From NCBI GenBank assembly GCA_949283375.1, contig CASDSM010000012.1:44827-108826 (forward strand): a stretch of DNA of 64,000 nt, given 5' to 3'. The position numbers and the translations under genes were made by a program. Position 1 is the stretch's first letter, and each line of letters starts with the position of its first letter. This DNA comes from an uncultured Eubacteriales bacterium. GTDB lineage: Bacteria; Bacillota; Clostridia; Oscillospirales; Oscillospiraceae. The notes below the pieces were generated by a model. That model was not told where the DNA came from and searched no databases. It was given only the letters and a program-made list of their open reading frames with translations. Positions 1 through 8,523 of this stretch are shown here, piece by piece.

Positions 1-14
1 CTCACAAGAGGAAG

Positions 15-1052
15 GTGCAGCCTGTGAAGCTGATCGACACACGCGACGCGGTGGGCCATGTGCTCTGCCACGATATCACGCAGATCATCCCCGGCGTGAC
101 CAAGGACGCCGTCTTCCGCAAGGGCCACATCGTCCGGGAGGAGGATATCCCCGTCCTCCTCTCCGTCGGCAAGGAGCATCTCTACGTCTGGGAGCAGCAG
201 GAGGGGATGGTTCACGAGAACGACGGGGCGGAGGCCCTGCGCGCGCTCTGTCAGGGGGAGAACATGCACCCCACGCCGGTCAAGGAGGGTAAGATCGAGC
301 TGATCGCCGACTGTGACGGCGTCCTCCTGGTGGACCGGGCCAAGCTGCGCGCCGTCAATTCCCTCGGCGAGCTGATGATCGCGAGCCGCCACGGGAACTT
401 CCCCGTCTCCAGGGGGGACAAGATCGCCGGTACCCGCGTCATTCCCCTCGTCATCGCCCGGGAGAAGCTGGACCGCGCGCGGGAGGTGACGGGCGGCGGC
501 CCCATTTTCCGCGTCCTGCCGTTTCACCCCAAGCGGGTTGGCCTGGTGGTCACCGGCAGCGAGGTCTACTACGGACGGATTGAGGACAAGTTCACCCCCG
601 TCCTGGAGGCCAAAATGGCAGAGTACGGGGCCGAGATCATCGGCCGTGAGGTCACCAACGACGAGGCGGAGATGACGACCGAGGCGATTTTCCGCCTGCT
701 GGAGGCGGGAGCGGAGATGGTGCTGTGTACCGGCGGCATGAGCGTCGACCCGGACGACCGCACCCCGCTGGCCATCCGCAACACCGGTGCGGAGATTGTC
801 ACCTATGGCGCGCCGGTGCTCCCGGGGGCGATGTTCCTCCTCGCCTATTGGGGGGAGCGGCGGATTCCCATCGTCGGCCTGCCCGGCTGCGTGATGTATG
901 CCAAACGCACCATCTTTGACCTCGTCCTCCCGCGGCTGATGGCGGATGTCCCGGTGCGCCGCGCGGACCTCGACGGGCTGGGAGAGGGCGGTCTGTGCCT
1001 GAACTGCCCGACCTGTACCTTCCCGAACTGCGGATTTGGAAAAGGAAGCTGA
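15..1052 (+). CDS. Molybdopterin-binding (MoeA-like/MoCF_biosynth) protein
   Basis: GTG start after GAGGAAG; motifs TGSEV, TGGMSVDPDD.TP, PG.M, GLPGC; C-terminal CLNCPTCTFPNC; heads a Moco gene run. Confidence 0.8.
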   Translation: MQPVKLIDTRDAVGHVLCHDITQIIPGVTKDAVFRKGHIVREEDIPVLLSVGKEHLYVWEQQEGMVHENDGAEALRALCQGENMHPTPVKEGKIELIADCDGVLLVDRAKLRAVNSLGELMIASRHGNFPVSRGDKIAGTRVIPLVIAREKLDRAREVTGGGPIFRVLPFHPKRVGLVVTGSEVYYGRIEDKFTPVLEAKMAEYGAEIIGREVTNDEAEMTTEAIFRLLEAGAEMVLCTGGMSVDPDDRTPLAIRNTGAEIVTYGAPVLPGAMFLLAYWGERRIPIVGLPGCVMYAKRTIFDLVLPRLMADVPVRRADLDGLGEGGLCLNCPTCTFPNCGFGKGS

Positions 1053-1054
1053 AC

Positions 1055-1543
1055 ATGCGTCAATTTACCCATCTGGACCAGAGCGGCAAAGCCACCATGG
1101 TGGACATCAGCGCCAAGGCGGAGACCGTCCGCACCGCCACCGCGCAGGGCCGCATTAAAGTCAATCAGGATATCTTTCAGGCCATCGCCGCCCAGCGGGC
1201 GGAGAAGGGGGACGTCTTCGCCGTCGCCCGCGTGGCCGGCATTATGGCCGCCAAGCGGACGTGGGAGCTCATCCCTCTCTGCCACTCCCTCGCCCTGACC
1301 GATGTGCAGATCGCATTTCACATGTGCCGCGAGACCTGGGAGGTGGAGGCGGTCTGCACCGCGAAGTGCGTTGGCAAGACCGGCGTGGAGATGGAGGCGC
1401 TCACCGGCGTGAACGTCGCCCTGCTCACCATCTACGACATGTGCAAGGCGATGGGCCACGATATGGTGATCGGCCCGGTCTATCTGGCCGAGAAGAATGG
1501 CGGCAAGAGCGGCCGCTATGTCCGGGAGGGGGAGTCGCTGTGA
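1055..1543 (+). CDS. moaC: Cyclic pyranopterin monophosphate synthase
   Basis: FTHLDQSGKATMVDIS, LIPLCH and GVEMEAL motifs; ATG at 1055 in the 995..1543 frame. Confidence 0.95.
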   Translation: MRQFTHLDQSGKATMVDISAKAETVRTATAQGRIKVNQDIFQAIAAQRAEKGDVFAVARVAGIMAAKRTWELIPLCHSLALTDVQIAFHMCRETWEVEAVCTAKCVGKTGVEMEALTGVNVALLTIYDMCKAMGHDMVIGPVYLAEKNGGKSGRYVREGESL

Positions 1544-2556
1544 ATTACGTCCGACAGCTCGCCTCCCTGCCCGAGCGGCGGGGCATCCGCACGGCGGTCG
1601 TCCTGGAGGGGGACTGTCAGGGGCACCGGCTGATCTTCGCCCCCGGATTTCCCCTCGGCTGTGAGCCGAAGAACAGCCCACTCCTCGCCTCCCTCCCCCT
1701 GCTCGGCATCATCCCGGAGACCTGCACCCTCTCCCTCGGCGGACAGCGCATCTTCCTCGAGGTGCTCGAAGACACGCCCCGTCTCGTCCTCTGCGGCGCG
1801 GGGCACGTCTCCCTCGCCCTGATTCAGATGGCAAAGCTCCTCGAGCTGCCGGTCACCGTCCTGGAGGACCGGGAGGAGTATGCCCAGCGCGCCCGCGAGG
1901 CGGGGGCGGACGAGGTGGTCTGCAAGCCCTTTGAGGAGGCGCTCGACGAGCTGCCCGGCTCGATGGACACCTATTTCATCATCGTCACCCGGGAGCACCT
2001 CTATGACCGCAAGTGCCTGGAGCGGATCCTGCCCAAGGAGTGGGCCTATCTCGGCATGATGGGCAGCGCCAAACGGGTCGAGCTGGTGCGCCGCCAGATG
2101 CTGGCCGCCGGGGCGGACCCGGAGCGGCTGGCCCGGCTCCACGCCCCCATCGGCCTGAACATCGGCGCCGAGACCCCGCAGGAGATCGCCCTTTCCATCC
2201 TCTCCGAGGTGGTGCAGGCCCGGCGGCAGGGCCAGCATGCGAGCGGCTACTCCGGCGCGCTGCTGCGCGCGGCGGCGGAAGGCGGCGTCCTCGCCGTCAT
2301 CGTCTCCAAGGAGGGCTCCGCCCCACGCGGCATCGGCACAAAGATGCTCCTCACGCCAGACGGCCAGACGGGCACCATCGGCGGCGGCCTGCTGGAGGCG
2401 GACGTGCTGCGCGCCGGGCGCGAGATGCTCGCCTCGGGCGAGAGCTGCCGCCTGGCTCAGTTTGCCCTCACCCCCGCGCGCACCCAGGAGACGATGGCCT
2501 GCGGCGGCTCGGTGGAGGTCTTCCTCGAGCGTCTGGAGGCGGAGACCGCCCGATGA
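1540..2556 (+). CDS. XdhC/CoxI-family molybdoenzyme maturation factor
   Basis: GAGHV, VTREH..D, YLGMMGS, APIGLNIGAETPQEIA, GSAPR and GTIGGG...CGG motifs; GTG overlaps the moaC stop. Confidence 0.85.
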   Translation: MNYVRQLASLPERRGIRTAVVLEGDCQGHRLIFAPGFPLGCEPKNSPLLASLPLLGIIPETCTLSLGGQRIFLEVLEDTPRLVLCGAGHVSLALIQMAKLLELPVTVLEDREEYAQRAREAGADEVVCKPFEEALDELPGSMDTYFIIVTREHLYDRKCLERILPKEWAYLGMMGSAKRVELVRRQMLAAGADPERLARLHAPIGLNIGAETPQEIALSILSEVVQARRQGQHASGYSGALLRAAAEGGVLAVIVSKEGSAPRGIGTKMLLTPDGQTGTIGGGLLEADVLRAGREMLASGESCRLAQFALTPARTQETMACGGSVEVFLERLEAETAR

Positions 2557-3530
2557 GAGATCAGTTTGGCCGCGAGATCGACTATCTCCGCCTCTCTGTC
2601 ACCGACCGCTGCGGCTTTCGCTGCCGTTACTGCGTGAGCGGCGCGGGCGGCCCCTTCCTCCCGGAGGGGGACCTGCTGACGGACGGGGAGCTGGAGCGGG
2701 TGGTCCGCGCGGCCGCCTCCCTCGGCGTCACCCGCCTCAAGCTCACCGGCGGTGAGCCGCTCAACCGTCCCGGCATCGCCGCCCTCGCGGCCCGGCTGGG
2801 GGCGGTGGACGGCATCCGCTCGCTCACCCTCACCACGAACGGCGCCGCCCTCGCCCCCCTCGCGCGCGGCCTGCGCGCAGCCGGGGTGCGGGAGGTGAAC
2901 CTCAGCCTGGACACCCTCGACCGCGCGCGCTTTCTCGCCCTCACCGGGGTGGACGCCCTTGACCGGGTGCTCGCCGGGCTGGACGCGGCGGTGGAGGCGG
3001 GCTTTGAACGGGTGAAGCTCAACTGCGTCACCGGGCAGGACCTCGGCCAGGGGGACCCCGCCGCCCTGGCGGAGCTGGCGCTGGCGCGGGCGGTGGACGT
3101 GCGCTATATCGAGTCCATGCCCATCGGCTGCGGCAGGACCTTTCACCCGGTCACGCGCGCGCAGATGCTGCGCCGCCTGACGGATCGCTATGGACCGCTT
3201 CTCCCCGCCGGAGAGCGGGGCAACGGCCCGGCAGAGTATTACCGCATCCCCGGCTTTGCCGGACGGATCGGCTTTATCAGCGCGGTGAGCGAGCCGTTCT
3301 GCGCCGGATGCAACCGCATCCGCCTCACGCCGGACGGGCAGCTCAAGCCCTGCCTGCAATACCGCCCCACGCTGGACGTGCGCACCCTGCTGCGCGCCGG
3401 CGTTTCGGACGAGGCGCTGCGCGATGCGCTGCGTGAGGCGGTCTGGCAAAAGCCGCGCGCGCATCAGTTTGCACACCCCGCTGCGGGAGAGCGATTGGAA
3501 GACCGGCCCATGTCCGCCATCGGCGGCTGA
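2553..3530 (+). CDS. moaA: GTP 3',8-cyclase (radical SAM)
   Basis: YLRLSVTDRCGFRCRYC, LTGGEP, FCAGCNRIRLT...LKPCL and C-terminal MSAIGG; ATG at 2553 overlaps the upstream stop. Confidence 0.95.
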   Translation: MRDQFGREIDYLRLSVTDRCGFRCRYCVSGAGGPFLPEGDLLTDGELERVVRAAASLGVTRLKLTGGEPLNRPGIAALAARLGAVDGIRSLTLTTNGAALAPLARGLRAAGVREVNLSLDTLDRARFLALTGVDALDRVLAGLDAAVEAGFERVKLNCVTGQDLGQGDPAALAELALARAVDVRYIESMPIGCGRTFHPVTRAQMLRRLTDRYGPLLPAGERGNGPAEYYRIPGFAGRIGFISAVSEPFCAGCNRIRLTPDGQLKPCLQYRPTLDVRTLLRAGVSDEALRDALREAVWQKPRAHQFAHPAAGERLEDRPMSAIGG

Positions 3531-3555
3531 GGCCGGCGGGAAAGGAGAGAGGGCG

Positions 3556-4518
3556 ATGGGAATCCTGAGAGGGATCTGCATCAGCCAGCGGCGCGGCATC
3601 GCCAAGCGCCCCTGTGAGGAGATCGACCTGATCGAGGGCTTCGGCCTGGCGGGGGACGCCCACGGCGGCCCCTGGCACCGTCAGGTCAGCCTGCTGGCAA
3701 AGGAATCGGTGGACGCGTTCAACGCCGCAGGCGGCGGCGTCGGTCCGGGCGATTTCGGAGAAAATCTCATTGTGGAGGGCTTTGACCTGCGCCATCTCCC
3801 GGTGGGCGTTTGCTTCCAAATCGGAGACGCCCTGCTGGAGATGACCCAGATTGGCAAGGAGTGCCACAGCCACTGCGAGATCTACCACCGGGTGGGCCAC
3901 TGCATCATGCCGGCCAACGGCGTCTTTGCCGAGGTGCGGCGGGGCGGCCATATCCGCGTGGGGGACGAGGTGTGCCTGGTGCCCAATCCGGACCGGCGTC
4001 CCACCGTCGCCGTCGTCACGCTGAGCGACAAGGGCGCGCGCGGCGCGCGCACGGACGAGAGCGGCCCGCTCGCGGCGCGCATGGCGGAGGAGGCGGGCTA
4101 CCGCGTGGTGGAGACCCTCCTCCTCCCGGACGAGCAGTCCCGGCTGGAGCGCGAGCTCTGCCGCCTCGCGGACGGCCGTCAGGTCGCTCTGGTGCTCACC
4201 ACCGGCGGCACCGGCTTCTCCCCGCGCGACCGCACGCCGGAGGCCACCCTGGCCGTCGCCGAGCGCAACGCCCCCGGCATCGCCGAGGCGATGCGCTGGC
4301 ACTCGCTCCAGATCACCCCGCGCGCCATGCTCAGCCGCGGCGCGAGCGTGATCCGTGGCAAGACCCTGATCGTTAACCTGCCGGGCAGCCCGAAGGCGGT
4401 GCGGGAGCACCTGGAGTTCCTCCTGCCCAACCTGGCGCACGGCATCCAGATCTTGCGGGGGGAGGCCGCCGAGTGCGGCCATCCGGCCCACCCGCCCAAA
4501 AAGGAGGAAACGACATGA
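3556..4518 (+). CDS. MOSC domain fused to MogA/MoaB molybdopterin adenylyltransferase domain
   Basis: N-half GDAH...RQVSLL, FGENL, QIGKECH; C-half SDK, TTGGTGFSPRD.TPEAT, SRG, NLPGSPKA; RBS AAAGGAG. Confidence 0.88.
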   Translation: MGILRGICISQRRGIAKRPCEEIDLIEGFGLAGDAHGGPWHRQVSLLAKESVDAFNAAGGGVGPGDFGENLIVEGFDLRHLPVGVCFQIGDALLEMTQIGKECHSHCEIYHRVGHCIMPANGVFAEVRRGGHIRVGDEVCLVPNPDRRPTVAVVTLSDKGARGARTDESGPLAARMAEEAGYRVVETLLLPDEQSRLERELCRLADGRQVALVLTTGGTGFSPRDRTPEATLAVAERNAPGIAEAMRWHSLQITPRAMLSRGASVIRGKTLIVNLPGSPKAVREHLEFLLPNLAHGIQILRGEAAECGHPAHPPKKEETT

Positions 4519-6137
4519 GCGACCGCATGCATCCCATCCCCTTTGAGCAGCTCCTGCTGAGCGTCCTGCGCGAGATGAGGGAGAGCGGCTCCGTCCTCTC
4601 CGTCCCCGCCGTCCGTCCGCCCCACCGCCCCACGCCGTTCTGCGGCGGCACGCTGGAGACTCCGCTCGGCCCCGCCGCCGGGCCGCACACCCAGCTGGCC
4701 GGCAACCTCGCCGCCGCCTACGCCGCCGGAGCCCGCGTCTTTGAGCTCAAGACGGTGCAGATCATTGACGGGGAGGACCTGCCGGTAGAGAAGCCCTGCA
4801 TCTATGTGGACGGCGAGTGCTACAACGTGGAGTGGTCCACCGAGCTGACCGTCCCCCAGGCGAGTGCGGAGTACGTCAAGGCGTGGATTCTGATCCACCT
4901 GCTCGCGCGGGAATTTGACCTGGGCAGCCCGGAGGGCTTCCAGTTCCACATGTCGGTGGGCTATGATCTCGACGGCCTGCGCTCGGAGAAGGTGGACCGC
5001 TTTATCGAGGAGATGAAGGACGCCTCCCGCTCTCCCGTCTGGGACAGCTGCCTGGAGACGGTGCGCCGCCACCTGGACCTCTTCCAGAAGGTGACGGCGG
5101 CGGATGTGGACGCCATCCCCACCCGCATCTGCAACACTGTCACCCTCTCCACCATGCACGGCTGTCCGGTGGACGAGATCGAGCGCATGGTCTCCTACAT
5201 GCTGGTGGACAAGGGGCTCAACACCTTTCTCAAGTGCAATCCCACCCTGGTCGGCTATGAGCAGGCCCGCCGGGTGCTGGACGAAAACGGCTACGACTAC
5301 CTCAGCTTCGGCCCGGAGGGCTTCGCCCGCGACCTCCAGCCGGACTACGCCGTGGAGATGCTCCGCCGCCAGACGGAGCTGGCCCGCGCGCACGGAAAGA
5401 TTCTGGGCGTCAAGCTGACCAACACCTTCCCGGTCGCCATCTGCAACCGCGAGCTCCCGGGGGAGACGATGTACCTGTCCGGAAAGCCCCTCTTCCTGCT
5501 TGCCATCCGCACGGCGCAGCTTCTCTCGGACGCCTTTGGCGGCGCGCTCCCCGTCTCCTTCTCCGGCGGCATCGACGCGCACAATATCGCCGCGGTGCTC
5601 TCCACCGGCATCGCCCCAGTGACGGTGGCCACCCTGCTGCTGAAAAACGGCGGCTACCGCAATCTAACCCGCCTGGCTGCCCTTGTCCCGGAAAGAATTC
5701 CCGCCCAGGTGGACTGCGCGGCCCTCGGCAGGCTGATCGGGGAGACGGCGGCGGACCCCTACTACCACAAGGAGAAGCCCCGCCGCAAGGTGGCGCGGCA
5801 GATACCGGACGACCCCGCCTGCTACCGCTGCCGCAACTGCGTGGACGTCTGTCCCAACCGGGCGAACGTCCCCCTCCCCGCGCTCAAGCGGGCGGTCCAT
5901 ATCGAGGGCCTCTGCAACGAGTGCGGCAACTGTGTCTGCTTCTGCCCGTTTGGCTACCTGCCCTACCGGGATAAGTTCACCCTCTTCTCCAGCCGCGCGG
6001 AGATGGCGGCCAGTGGGAACGACGGGTTCTGCGCCGAGGACGGCTCGGTCCGCTACGCCGGGACGGTCTACACCGGCGCGGAGGCGATGGAGGCCATCCC
6101 GGAGACCCTGCGCGCCGTGGTGGAGGCAATTTCGTGA
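4515..6137 (+). CDS. YgfK-like flavo-iron-sulfur protein, short form (FMN TIM barrel plus C-terminal ferredoxin)
   Basis: MSDRMHPIPF, GPAAGPHTQLA, FELKTVQ, KPCI, YNVEWSTEL, TLSTMHGCP, KCNPTL, KLTNTFPV; CxxCxxCxxxCP and CNECGNC..FCP; RBS AAGGAGG. Confidence 0.8.
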   Translation: MSDRMHPIPFEQLLLSVLREMRESGSVLSVPAVRPPHRPTPFCGGTLETPLGPAAGPHTQLAGNLAAAYAAGARVFELKTVQIIDGEDLPVEKPCIYVDGECYNVEWSTELTVPQASAEYVKAWILIHLLAREFDLGSPEGFQFHMSVGYDLDGLRSEKVDRFIEEMKDASRSPVWDSCLETVRRHLDLFQKVTAADVDAIPTRICNTVTLSTMHGCPVDEIERMVSYMLVDKGLNTFLKCNPTLVGYEQARRVLDENGYDYLSFGPEGFARDLQPDYAVEMLRRQTELARAHGKILGVKLTNTFPVAICNRELPGETMYLSGKPLFLLAIRTAQLLSDAFGGALPVSFSGGIDAHNIAAVLSTGIAPVTVATLLLKNGGYRNLTRLAALVPERIPAQVDCAALGRLIGETAADPYYHKEKPRRKVARQIPDDPACYRCRNCVDVCPNRANVPLPALKRAVHIEGLCNECGNCVCFCPFGYLPYRDKFTLFSSRAEMAASGNDGFCAEDGSVRYAGTVYTGAEAMEAIPETLRAVVEAIS

Positions 6138-6601
6138 ACATGACCGAGCTGCTCTCCGCCGGACTCCCCTCCGGCTGCACGGTGGAGCTGGCGGAGGACC
6201 AGGCCTCCCTCGTGGACTGCCTGCGCCTGCGCGTGGAGGTCTTCGTCGTGGAGCAGGGGGTCTCCCCGGCCATCGAGCTGGACGAGGCGGACCGGGACTG
6301 CACCCACGTCCTCCTGCGCGTGGACGGGGCGCCCTGCGCCGCCCTCCGCCTCCTCTGGGAGCCGCACGCCGTCCACGTTGGCCGCCTGGTGGTGAAGAAG
6401 GCCGTCCGGGGCGGCGGTTACGGGAGAATGCTGATGCAGGCGATCGAGCGTCTGGACCGGGTGCGCGCCTGCGGCCTGCTCCAGCTGGACGCGCAGTGCC
6501 AGGCGATCGGCTTTTATGAGCACTGCGGCTACCGCTGCTACGGCCCTGTCTTTCAGGATGCGGGCATCCCCCACCGCAAATGCGAAAAGCGCCTCGGCTG
6601 A
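6134..6601 (+). CDS. GNAT acetyltransferase, ElaA/YjcF-like
   Basis: LRVEVFVVEQG...ELDEAD, GRLVV...RGGGYG, AQ.QA.GFYE..G, DAGIPH; start 6134 (GTG) or 6140 (ATG). Confidence 0.85.
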   Translation: MNMTELLSAGLPSGCTVELAEDQASLVDCLRLRVEVFVVEQGVSPAIELDEADRDCTHVLLRVDGAPCAALRLLWEPHAVHVGRLVVKKAVRGGGYGRMLMQAIERLDRVRACGLLQLDAQCQAIGFYEHCGYRCYGPVFQDAGIPHRKCEKRLG

Positions 6602-6617
6602 CCGGCCGGATTGGGTA

Positions 6618-6646
6618 TTGACAGGGGCGCATTCGCGTGCTAATGT
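6618..6646 (+). promoter_or_regulatory. sigmaA promoter of his operon
   Basis: TTGACA-17 nt-TAATGT with TG extended -10. Confidence 0.75.
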
Positions 6647-6712
6647 ATTAGCGAATGAAAGTGAGCGGGCAGGGCGGAGACGTCCTGCCCGCAGAATGGA
6701 GCGAAGCGATCC

Positions 6713-7885
6713 ATGCGATATATTCCCAATACGCCGGAGGGGACGCGCGACCGCCTCTTTGAGGAGTGCCGCGAGCGCCGCCGCGTCCAGTCCGCCCTGA
6801 CACACCTGTTCCGCCAGCGCGGCTACAGCGAGATCATAACCCCGGAGGAGGAGTACTACGACCTCTTCACCATCGCCGGCAGCGCCCTGAGGCAGGAGGA
6901 GATGGTCAAGCTGGTGGACCGGTCCGGCAAGATCTGCGTCCTGCGCCCGGACTGCACCACCCCCATCGCCCGCGTCGCGGCGACCAAGCTGAAGGACGCC
7001 ATTCTCCCCCAGCGCTTTTACTACAATCAGGCGGTCTACCGCGCCGGTCAGGAGCACCGCGGCCAGCACCGGGAGATCCCCCAGTGCGGCATCGAGCTGA
7101 TCGGGGCCAAGGGGAAGAAGGCGGACCTCGAGGTGATCGCCACCGCCGTGGACGCCCTGCGCGCCTGCGGCCTTGAGCGCTTTCACATCGAGCTGGGCCA
7201 CGCGGACATCTTCCCGGCCTTTGCCCGGCGGCTGGAGATGGACCGGGAGGAGCTCGAGCAGATGCGCGCGCTGATTGAAGGGAAGAACTTTACCTCTCTG
7301 GACGACTTTATGTCCAACTACGCCGGTCAATCCGGCTGTGAGGCGGTGCGCCGCCTGGCCGACCTCTTCGGCGGGGTGGAGGTACTCGACGAGGCGGAGC
7401 GCCTCGCCGGGCCGATGCAGGCGATCGACTACCTGCGCGGCCTCCATACCCAGCTCGACCAGGCGGGCTACGGCTCCTATCTCCGCTTTGACCTCGGCAT
7501 GGTCCATCACATTGACTACTACACCGGCCCCATCTTCCGCGGCTATGTGGAGGGCGCGGGAGACGCGGTGCTTAGCGGCGGCCGCTACGACCAGCTCTGC
7601 GCCGCCTTTGGCCGCCCGGCCCAGGCGACCGGCTTTGCCATCGACGTGGACGGCGTGGCCCGCTGCCTGCCAAAGGCTCCGCAGCCCCGCCTCGCGGCGG
7701 TGATCCACTATCCGCCCCATCTGATTGGCCGCGCTCTCGCCCTGGTGGACAGCCGCGCGCGGGGGACCTGCGAGCTCTCCCCATGCAGCCGTCTGGAGAG
7801 CACCCTGCGGCTCGCGCGGGAGAAGGGGATTGGGACGGTGCTCATCCTGGAGGAGGACGGCATTCGGGAGGTGACGGTGTCATGA
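6713..7885 (+). CDS. hisZ: ATP phosphoribosyltransferase regulatory subunit
   Basis: PEGTRD, LRPDCTTPIAR, Q.GIELIG, FDLGMV....YYTG, GGRYD. Confidence 0.95.
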   Translation: MRYIPNTPEGTRDRLFEECRERRRVQSALTHLFRQRGYSEIITPEEEYYDLFTIAGSALRQEEMVKLVDRSGKICVLRPDCTTPIARVAATKLKDAILPQRFYYNQAVYRAGQEHRGQHREIPQCGIELIGAKGKKADLEVIATAVDALRACGLERFHIELGHADIFPAFARRLEMDREELEQMRALIEGKNFTSLDDFMSNYAGQSGCEAVRRLADLFGGVEVLDEAERLAGPMQAIDYLRGLHTQLDQAGYGSYLRFDLGMVHHIDYYTGPIFRGYVEGAGDAVLSGGRYDQLCAAFGRPAQATGFAIDVDGVARCLPKAPQPRLAAVIHYPPHLIGRALALVDSRARGTCELSPCSRLESTLRLAREKGIGTVLILEEDGIREVTVS

Positions 7886-8523
7886 CGGAGCGCCTGCGCA
7901 TTGCCCTGACCAAGGGGCGGCTCCAGAAAAAGAGCATGTCCCTCTTCACCCGCGCCGGGCTGGACTGCGAGCCACTGGAGAATCCCGGCCGCCGCCTGAT
8001 TCACAGCCTGCCGAACTACCCCCTGGACGCGGTGCTCGCCAAGGCGCCAGACGTCATCACCTATGTCGAGCACGGCGTCTGTGACCTCGGCATCGTCGGC
8101 AAGGACACCATCCTGGAAAAGGGCGGTTCCTTCTATGAGGTACTCGACCTCGGCTTCGGCGCCTGCCGTTTTGCCCTGGCGGTGCCGGAGGGGCGGGACT
8201 TTTACGGCAGCTATAAAACGCGCACCATCGCGTCGAAGTATCCCAACGTGACCCGCGCCTTCTTCGAGCAAAAGGGGATGGACGTGGACATCATCAAGAT
8301 TGAGGGCTCCGTCGAGCTGGCCCCGCTGCTCGGCCTGGCGGACGGCATTGTGGACATCGTGGAGACGGGCGCGACGCTGGCGGCCAACGGTCTGATTCCG
8401 ATTGAGACGGTCGCCCGGGTCTCCGCCCGGCTGATCGTCAACACCGCCAGCATGAAGCTGCACAAGGCAGAGATCGCGGACCTGATTGCCCGCTGTGAGA
8501 GGGAAGTGAGGAGTGCCACATGA
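7882..8523 (+). CDS. hisG: ATP phosphoribosyltransferase, short form
   Basis: IALTKGRL, DVITYVE.G..DLGIVGKD, ATKY-like ASKYP, GSVELAP, DIVETG.TL.ANGL. Confidence 0.95.
   Translation: MTERLRIALTKGRLQKKSMSLFTRAGLDCEPLENPGRRLIHSLPNYPLDAVLAKAPDVITYVEHGVCDLGIVGKDTILEKGGSFYEVLDLGFGACRFALAVPEGRDFYGSYKTRTIASKYPNVTRAFFEQKGMDVDIIKIEGSVELAPLLGLADGIVDIVETGATLAANGLIPIETVARVSARLIVNTASMKLHKAEIADLIARCEREVRSAT

Noticed and set aside
15-6137. Selenocysteine recoding in the Moco/YgfK genes
   Set aside because: No in-frame TGA within any coherent protein; all ORFs are complete without recoding.
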